From NCBI GenBank assembly GCA_027317865.1, contig DAHVQG010000014.1:1-64000 (forward strand): a stretch of 64,000 nucleotides of DNA, read 5' to 3'. The notes below the pieces were generated by a model. It had not been told where the DNA came from, did no database searches, and saw only the letters and a list, made by a program, of their open reading frames with translations. The translations under genes and the position numbers were made by a program. Source of the DNA: Bdellovibrionales bacterium (lineage in GTDB: Bacteria; Bdellovibrionota; Bdellovibrionia; Bdellovibrionales; UBA1609). Positions 57,236 to 64,000 of the stretch are shown here, piece after piece (the first letter of the stretch is position 1; every line of letters starts with the position of its first letter).

Positions 57236-58576
57236 ATGGCGCCTGCCAAAAAGAGAAATTTTGTCATTCAAGATGAAAACGGTTGTACGGTTCGCTACCT
57301 CAACTGGCCCGACGGAGCGTCTGATGCTCCCGTCATGGCCGTGTGGTTGCCACGCGCGCGTCGGGTCGAATTCGTTACCGATATTAAAAAATTCGAAGAT
57401 GAAAAAGTACCGGTCGAGATTCTTGCAACAATAAAAAAATCGGACGTCACCGAAGCGGGCAAAGAAATTCGAATCCCCGAAAGTCGGGGCGATGATTTAA
57501 CCGGCGCCCGGCGCATCGTTTATTTGAGAGCCGTCAATTCCATTGAAGATTTTCGTGAAGACGCCCGTGTTTCAAATGAAAAAGAAAAACCTCTGCCGCT
57601 ATTTTTAAAATACATCACGGCTATTCAGCTTGCCGTTCTCGGCATTGTGTTTGTGCTCGCGTGGGTCAGCGCCCGATTTTTTAATTCGACGCCAAAAGCT
57701 GTAACCGTTCGTGTCTTTTCACAACAAGATATCAAACAATTTCAATCAACACCTCAAATCGTCAATGTCGCCAATCATCGTGTGCGGATGGCACCTCATC
57801 AACTCCCGCATGAGTATGCGGCTCGTCACGTTGTTCGGCATGGTTATAAACGCACGTTTTATCGGCATGCGCGTTACACAACGGCGCGATGGCACGGCCG
57901 TGCGGTTAAGTATGCGCGCACTCGTTACGGCCGACCTGGCACAAGTGTCTCCGATGCCGGAGTTTTAGGAGTACTCGGCGGGATGGGTCCGCAATATCAC
58001 GGCTCTGGTGGTTTAAATATTCACGCGCGTAACAATAATCCCGGCATCGGTTACGGCGGTCCGGCGCTACGCGGTGGTTTCGAACGCGGAATGCTCGGAA
58101 AGGGTCTCATCGCAACCGGCATTGGCGACGGAAGTTCTTTACAAGGCTACGGTGGCACTTCGCGCCGTGGAGGTCTCGGTGGTGGTGCTCCCGGATACGG
58201 TTACGGTCGCATGCGACTGGCCGGCTCCGCGGGGGCATATTTTGAACCGATCCCCGAAGACTCGATTGTTGAAGGCGGTCTCGATCGTGACCAAATCAAC
58301 GCGGTCATTCAGCAGAATTTGGGTCAGATCACGTACTGTTACGAAGTCGGCCTGCAAAGGCAACCAAGACTTGCCGGTCGCGTAGCGGTGCATTTTGTAA
58401 TCGGTTCGCGCGGCTGGGTAACGTTCGCGCGCGTGGCTAATACGTCATTACGTTCGCGGCAAGTTGAAGATTGTATTGTTCAAAAGTTACGCGGCTGGAA
58501 GTTTCCGCGCCCCGCAGGCGAAGTGAGCGTACGGGTCACGTACCCCTTTGTACTCGAACGTTTATCGCCGGGTTAA
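57236..58576 (+). CDS. TonB-like AgmX/PglI C-terminal domain protein (GltG/GltJ-like)
   Basis: Single TM, Gly-rich linker, GGLDRDQI..VI...I.YCYE..L...P.L.G, W.FP.P.G..V.V.YPF. Confidence 0.88.
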   Translation: MAPAKKRNFVIQDENGCTVRYLNWPDGASDAPVMAVWLPRARRVEFVTDIKKFEDEKVPVEILATIKKSDVTEAGKEIRIPESRGDDLTGARRIVYLRAVNSIEDFREDARVSNEKEKPLPLFLKYITAIQLAVLGIVFVLAWVSARFFNSTPKAVTVRVFSQQDIKQFQSTPQIVNVANHRVRMAPHQLPHEYAARHVVRHGYKRTFYRHARYTTARWHGRAVKYARTRYGRPGTSVSDAGVLGVLGGMGPQYHGSGGLNIHARNNNPGIGYGGPALRGGFERGMLGKGLIATGIGDGSSLQGYGGTSRRGGLGGGAPGYGYGRMRLAGSAGAYFEPIPEDSIVEGGLDRDQINAVIQQNLGQITYCYEVGLQRQPRLAGRVAVHFVIGSRGWVTFARVANTSLRSRQVEDCIVQKLRGWKFPRPAGEVSVRVTYPFVLERLSPG

Positions 58577-58612
58577 GAGCGTGTGTTTAATTGAATTTTG
58601 AGGAGTTATTTT

Positions 58613-60187
58613 ATGAAAGCTAAAATTCAAACAAAAATTTGGTCAGGCATGGCACAGATTTTGATGAGCGCTATTGCCGTCTTTGCCGTAACTGCATTAA
58701 TTGGTTGCGGCCCCGGCGGCTCGTTAACTCAACAAAATCCGCTGAAAAATTACTCCAATTTAGATGTTGTACCGTGCGGACAAGACGGTACAAATCCAAA
58801 TTGCACGTCAAACCAAATCAAATACCAAACAAAACAGTCGGAATACCGGGTATTAAGCGCCGCACCTGATCGAGAGTTTATTCAAGGCGTGCCGGGATCA
58901 TTTAATATTCGAGTCACCGGCGCTATCCGTGAACAGCATGTCAACTACCGACTCGTTTTGCAAAATAAAGATTTGATCGCGATGGGCGCCAAACTTACGC
59001 GCTCAGCGAACGAACCGTGGGACTGGCAATTTCAATGGACACCTCCGATTATTCTCAGTTCCGACCAACCATCCAAGGCATTTAATTTGAACATTGAATT
59101 TGAGTTAACTGGTAACAATTCGGTTCTCGTGCAAAAGGAACTCGCCGGTCTCGCCAATAAAAATGCCTGTGATAATTGTGAAATATCGGTCACAAAATCT
59201 ACCTCTGTACCGATCATTCAAAATGTCACTCCCAAAAAAATTACGATTAATGCGAGTCAGGATGTAACTATTAGTTTTACAGTTCTTGCCAAAAACTTTG
59301 CCAATAATTCCGGTAATATTACGAGCCGTATTGCAGATGCCCACAAGTATATTGTAACTGAATTGCCGATTTTCACTGGCGAAATGGCCGCTACAAATCC
59401 TACCCTTGTGAAAAATTTAGGAGTCGATGCAAAAGGTTACACGCATTTTCTTTACCAGTTCACATTTTCCGGCCAAGTCTTTGCTGATCAAATTTATAAA
59501 CAATTGGAGAAGAACAGCTACTGGCATTGGAAGCTTCAGCACGGTAATGTTCCGTATTCCGAAGCGCAATTTAAAATCGTGGCGCGAAATCATTATAATG
59601 GGCAGCGATCCGCTCACAAGATTGTCACGATTGACGTTAATCTCGACACGAAGGCCGGAACGCCGGCATTCGTTGGCCCCAAACCAAGCATTCAACTCAA
59701 AGCGGGTGATACGGCAAGCCACGGCTTTCTAATTGGCACGCAAGGCGGCCGGGGCGATATTTCGATTAATACCATTGCGATTAATGGTGCGCCTCCGGCA
59801 AAAGTTGATAACTGGGGCCGCGCCCAAATCAAAACGAAAGATCTTACGCTCGATCTTAGCTGTGCCGCTTCGGGAATTAACCTGAACCAAAGCGTGAGCT
59901 GCCACACGGGCGAATGTTTACGGACTTGCTTTTTGAATGTGGAGGCGCCCAATTGTTCGCAAACATCGACGCAGAAAACTCTGACACTGAATCTGAAATC
60001 GATATTGGGTATTTCAACCCAACCCGCAACGCTGACTATTCCGATCAGCATCTCAGGTCGCTCAAGTTTGTGTGATACCGTGGCCCGTGATGCTGCCACC
60101 ATACGGCAGCTTACGGCACGTAAAGTTACCGTACGTAAACCCATAACGCCGACGAAACGCATAACGAAAAAAGGAGTGCGCTCATGA
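58613..60187 (+). CDS. Large beta-rich, Cys-containing lipoprotein
   Basis: Lipobox LIGC; AGGAG RBS; alternating beta-strand patterns. Confidence 0.72.
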   Translation: MKAKIQTKIWSGMAQILMSAIAVFAVTALIGCGPGGSLTQQNPLKNYSNLDVVPCGQDGTNPNCTSNQIKYQTKQSEYRVLSAAPDREFIQGVPGSFNIRVTGAIREQHVNYRLVLQNKDLIAMGAKLTRSANEPWDWQFQWTPPIILSSDQPSKAFNLNIEFELTGNNSVLVQKELAGLANKNACDNCEISVTKSTSVPIIQNVTPKKITINASQDVTISFTVLAKNFANNSGNITSRIADAHKYIVTELPIFTGEMAATNPTLVKNLGVDAKGYTHFLYQFTFSGQVFADQIYKQLEKNSYWHWKLQHGNVPYSEAQFKIVARNHYNGQRSAHKIVTIDVNLDTKAGTPAFVGPKPSIQLKAGDTASHGFLIGTQGGRGDISINTIAINGAPPAKVDNWGRAQIKTKDLTLDLSCAASGINLNQSVSCHTGECLRTCFLNVEAPNCSQTSTQKTLTLNLKSILGISTQPATLTIPISISGRSSLCDTVARDAATIRQLTARKVTVRKPITPTKRITKKGVRS

Positions 60188-60957
60188 AACCGTCAAAAAC
60201 CTTTGTACTTGCCTCGAGCCTAATCGCGGCTGCGGCATTTGCGGCGTTTACTTCTTTGTCGCTGATTGCACAAACGGCGCATGCCGACAACCTCAGTAAC
60301 GAACTCGACAGCTTGGGCGGTTCGCCCGCTCTCGTGCAAGAAGCGCGCGACCTTGAGCCGGACAATCAAATGGCCGTGGTCGAAAATCGTGCCGTCAATC
60401 TCAACTGGCGCCTTGAACTCGGCATCGACATGGGACTTGTCGGTGGCGGCGACTCTTACGTCAATACGCAAGCGCTCGGCGCCAACGCGGACTTGCACAT
60501 CGACCCCCATTGGTCCTTCGGAGTGCGCTATTTAAGCTACAACAATACGCTCACGGCGCAGGGTCAACAGGTGTTTCAGCAGGCCGAATCTTCGCAGGCC
60601 ATTAACGGCGGCGGCGCCAGTACAGCGGCCGTTAGTTATCCGCTCGATACCACTCTAGGAGTGGTGAGTTTCTACCCCATCTACGGAAAACTTAATTTAT
60701 TTAATGAGGCGATTACTCAATTTGATCTTTATGTTTTAGGCGGTGCCGGTCAGACCACGTCACAAGCTAACGGGTTATCGCCTTACACTTCGACGACCTG
60801 GACTGCCGGTGGCGGCGTTGGATTTTGGTGGACACAGCATTTTGCCTCGCGCCTTGAAGTTCGGTACCAGAGTTACCAAGACAAAATTCTGGCCGATGCG
60901 ACAACAAGGTCAGAAAGTGACGTAGTCACCATGTTTTCATTAGGAATTCTTTTATGA
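60184..60957 (+). CDS. Outer-membrane beta-barrel (GltA/B/H-like)
   Basis: VENR......E, YPIYGKLNLF....QFDLY...G.G; C-terminal beta strand. Confidence 0.85.
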   Translation: MKPSKTFVLASSLIAAAAFAAFTSLSLIAQTAHADNLSNELDSLGGSPALVQEARDLEPDNQMAVVENRAVNLNWRLELGIDMGLVGGGDSYVNTQALGANADLHIDPHWSFGVRYLSYNNTLTAQGQQVFQQAESSQAINGGGASTAAVSYPLDTTLGVVSFYPIYGKLNLFNEAITQFDLYVLGGAGQTTSQANGLSPYTSTTWTAGGGVGFWWTQHFASRLEVRYQSYQDKILADATTRSESDVVTMFSLGILL

Positions 60958-61919
60958 CAACGGTGCGCGCAATTTGGATTCAAATAAAAATACGATCGCG
61001 GCAAATCAATTGGACACTTCTGGCCGTGGTTGTCGGTTGTGCCGCATTTATCCTCTCAATCGGTTTGCACAGTTTTGCCTTCACTCCCCGAGAGCAAGAT
61101 CGCGCGGTTCGAACCCGTGTTCGGCCCGCGAACGAAACAGCAGTTATTTTGCGCGACATCCATTGGGCGGCACAGCTCGGCGTGCGCAATCGGCCCATCG
61201 TTGGTTTAAAAATTTTGGATCGAATGGCGTTAAACCAAACGACCGTCCGCTCAATGACGCGTAACGAGCGCGACTTGTGGCATCTCACGAAGGCGCGATT
61301 ACTCGTTCAGATGCATGATCTCGACGGCGCGCTGAAGCAATACAACATGATTAAAAAAGGTTCGCCGTTTTGGCTCGACGCCATTGAAGAAAAAGGTGAA
61401 GTAACCGCGCGCAAAGGCGAATACGCAAAAGCTTTGGCTATTTTGCAAACGGCGCTTGCACCGCAATTTAAAAACCAAGTCGACCCACATACTTTTTTTG
61501 TCGCCTCTTTAACTCACCTACGAATTTGCGACTACCCGGGCGTGTTCGTCGTCAGCCAGCAATTTAAACGAAACATTAATGCACGGCTGCCGGAGTGGCG
61601 TAAACGGGCGGCAAAGGGCGACCCCTATGCGAAACGATTGATCGCTGAAACCAAAAAGACTTTACACGAATTGCAAATTATTGAAGCCGACACCATTCAG
61701 CGCATGGCTTTGGCGAAGAAAGCGGCCAATGGCAAAGAAATCGGTCATATAACCGATAACGAAAATGTTTTATTGTTTCCGGTTTCAGAATCGCCGCACC
61801 CCGAGGTCTGGCGCGATGAACTCGGCCATTATCAGGCCCTCATGCGCACGTGCCCGAGTTCGAAAATACATGGCGAAACAAGATTTGCCTCTAATTCTGA
61901 GCGAGGGACCAAAATATGA
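60954..61919 (+). CDS. TPR protein (GltC-like)
   Basis: ARL......A...Y..I..GS.FW..A.EE, L.ICDY, W.DELGHY....C. Confidence 0.75.
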   Translation: MTTVRAIWIQIKIRSRQINWTLLAVVVGCAAFILSIGLHSFAFTPREQDRAVRTRVRPANETAVILRDIHWAAQLGVRNRPIVGLKILDRMALNQTTVRSMTRNERDLWHLTKARLLVQMHDLDGALKQYNMIKKGSPFWLDAIEEKGEVTARKGEYAKALAILQTALAPQFKNQVDPHTFFVASLTHLRICDYPGVFVVSQQFKRNINARLPEWRKRAAKGDPYAKRLIAETKKTLHELQIIEADTIQRMALAKKAANGKEIGHITDNENVLLFPVSESPHPEVWRDELGHYQALMRTCPSSKIHGETRFASNSERGTKI

Positions 61920-63190
61920 AAACGTCGCCTTCCAATCTCTGGCTCTTCGTATTGAAATTCGCAATTGTGAGCGCGGCAGCTGGGATGTTGGCCGCCTGTT
62001 CACAGCCCCGCGACGGGTGGGTTGCGACTCCTGAACAAATGCCGATTCAAGTTAACGAATCGAGCGGCCTTTTGAACCACGATTATACTCCTAAAGCGGA
62101 ATTTTTGTTTGTCGAAGATAATTCAGATAGTATGCAGCCGCACATCGACAAGGTTGACCGCAACATCGCACAGTTCGTGAATGAATTTTCGAAAAATAAC
62201 CCTGTGGAGTTTCATTTTGCGGTCGTTTCAATTTACGACTCGCGCACGTACCAATCCCCTTCGTTTTTTAAACAGTTCGGCAAAAATGCCCACTATTATC
62301 GTTGCGGCCAATTTCACCACGTTAAAGATGCGAACGATCAAGTCATCCCGAACAAATACTATATTTCGTCGAGCGACCCGGACTGGAAGAGCGAACTCAA
62401 AAATACGATGGAAATCGGCGTGCAGCATCTTAACCAAGGCGGCCCTAACTACGAAGAAACATTTTCTCCGGTCGCGGCAGTTTGGGGATTTCATCAACCC
62501 GTTGAATTTAACGGTACGAAAGCATTGCAAGAAATTGCCCAACTTAACCAAATTCGCGAAGGTTTTAGTTTTCACGACCCGCGCGCCTTTAAAGTAATTT
62601 TCTTTGTTACCGACGCCAATGACGATTCAAATATCAGTGCAACTGAATTGTATGCCGATTTGAAAAAATCAACGGGCGGCAACGGCTCGCGCGTGTGGGG
62701 ATTTGGCGCGATTGTTCCACCAAGCTGCACACTTTGCCAACGCGACGATGCCGGGCCACCGTATAAACTTGAGCGATTTTTGAAACTCACCAATCATTTG
62801 CCGTTTCAAAAACTCGCTAACGGTCAAATTGTTCAAGAATCAAATGCCGTTTCGCTTTACAGTAACTCTTTCGGCAAAGATTTCGCCAACTGGGGCAAAT
62901 CGATTCGTAACAAATTGGTTACTCAGGTGATTCCGTTACGTTATGCCCCCCTTATTGACGGCAACAGCCGTTACACGCTGCGCGTATTCTACGGCAACCA
63001 AGACATCCCCTTTGAAAGTTCAAAGGGGGTCATCGGCTATACATACGATCCAAATAACCACTCGATCGTTTTAGATAAGCACTTACAATTACAGCCGATT
63101 CCTGGTGCAAAGCTTCATATCCGCTACACCGCAATTCCGCCGCAAGCGATTTTAAATGGAGACGTAAGCGAATATATTTCGCCACAGTAG
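61916..63190 (+). CDS. vWA-domain lipoprotein (CglB-like adhesin)
   Basis: Lipobox LAAC; MIDAS DNSDS; FVTDA; CxxC; GY.YDP..SI.L. Confidence 0.8.
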   Translation: MKTSPSNLWLFVLKFAIVSAAAGMLAACSQPRDGWVATPEQMPIQVNESSGLLNHDYTPKAEFLFVEDNSDSMQPHIDKVDRNIAQFVNEFSKNNPVEFHFAVVSIYDSRTYQSPSFFKQFGKNAHYYRCGQFHHVKDANDQVIPNKYYISSSDPDWKSELKNTMEIGVQHLNQGGPNYEETFSPVAAVWGFHQPVEFNGTKALQEIAQLNQIREGFSFHDPRAFKVIFFVTDANDDSNISATELYADLKKSTGGNGSRVWGFGAIVPPSCTLCQRDDAGPPYKLERFLKLTNHLPFQKLANGQIVQESNAVSLYSNSFGKDFANWGKSIRNKLVTQVIPLRYAPLIDGNSRYTLRVFYGNQDIPFESSKGVIGYTYDPNNHSIVLDKHLQLQPIPGAKLHIRYTAIPPQAILNGDVSEYISPQ

Positions 63191-63299
63191 ACTTACAGTA
63201 GAATTTTTACTGTGACCGGATCTGTAAACGCGTTATTTCTTGCGCGAACGCCCCCCGTTTTGGCATAAAAAGGCCAGTTCGTATGGGGGGCCAAAGCCA

Positions 63300-64000
63300 G
63301 TGAATTCCACGGCTTTATTTTCTTTTGTAATAGCGTCAATTCTTCTACCGTTTACGCCTTGCGCGTTTGCAGCGGCACGGCCGACGAAAGCGCCACCCCT
63401 CGTATTGACACTTAAGGCCGCAGCCGAAAAAGCGCTCCGCTTGAATCCACAACTTGGCGAAAAAGAAGAACACATTAATCAAATGGAAGCGCAGATTCCG
63501 ATCACCCGGTCGCAACTGCTTCCGAACATTAAATTGACCGCGACAGAAAGCCGTGCAAAAGGCGCGCTTCTTTATCCGCTTTCGTTATTTAACGGCAATC
63601 CGTACAACCAGTACGAGACAACCTTGTCGTTAACCCAACCGTTATTTGCAATCGGCAGCATCTCGGCTATCCACGCCGCAAGACTCGATCGCAATATTAG
63701 CCAACTTGATGCGCAGATCGATCGGCGCAATCTCCTAAGCCAATTAATACAGGCCTATTTTCAGGTCGTAATGACGACGCGGAACAAGCAAATTCTTCAA
63801 CAACAATTTAAAATTTTGAAGGAGTCGTTTCAAACCGCCGTCCATCGTGCGCGGATCGGCCGCAGTCAGCTCCTGGATGCGCTTCAAACGAAAACGCAAT
63901 TGGCGCTTCTTGATTCGCAGATTGCAAATGCGACCAGCCAGTACGAAGTGGCCGTCGCGCAACTCGCAAACGTAATCGGCGAACCGAAGCTCACGAATTT
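63300..64000 (+). CDS. TolC-family outer-membrane protein (5' part, runs off the window)
   Basis: GTG start after GGGGGG; signal peptide, LTL..A...AL..NP, LLPNI, LSLTQPLF, QAYF; frame open to the window end. Confidence 0.8.
   Translation, partial: MNSTALFSFVIASILLPFTPCAFAAARPTKAPPLVLTLKAAAEKALRLNPQLGEKEEHINQMEAQIPITRSQLLPNIKLTATESRAKGALLYPLSLFNGNPYNQYETTLSLTQPLFAIGSISAIHAARLDRNISQLDAQIDRRNLLSQLIQAYFQVVMTTRNKQILQQQFKILKESFQTAVHRARIGRSQLLDALQTKTQLALLDSQIANATSQYEVAVAQLANVIGEPKLTN

Overview
Bacterial chromosomal segment, most likely from a Bdellovibrionota (Bdellovibrio-like predator). This is inferred from the Agl-Glt-type gliding cluster, the stand-alone mtEFG1/spdEFG1-type EF-G and the style of the secreted hypothetical proteins. 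1-37.8 kb is mostly housekeeping: fusA, recQ, aat, dcd, pyrE, cutA, 2-oxoacid dehydrogenase E1 alpha/beta, prc, topA, lepB, tex, infA, lpxD, metG, two RlmL-like methyltransferases, a relocated rplX-rpmB/rpsR cluster and a porin. An ~11.8 kb genomic island (37918-49693) sits in the 3' end of tRNA-Pro(TGG). It is bounded by a 12-bp direct repeat and has arm-type repeats and a 5'-truncated tyrosine integrase. Its cargo is a khpA copy, several small unknown genes, and an ECF sigma factor with a Cys-rich membrane partner divergent from cusCBA, with back-to-back TGTCAC promoter-like elements. After tRNA-Ala(CGC), a 10-gene Agl-Glt-like operon with a sigma54-type promoter fills 52.4-63.2 kb, followed by a partial TolC gene. 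The best leads are the candidate Cu-sensing ECF/anti-sigma-cus module, an intact membrane pyrophosphatase homologue lacking several invariant catalytic residues, a 30-aa hydrophobic peptide behind a switch-like RNA leader, and a signal-peptide-bearing PD-(D/E)xK protein. All calls come from motif recognition by eye; no searches were run.
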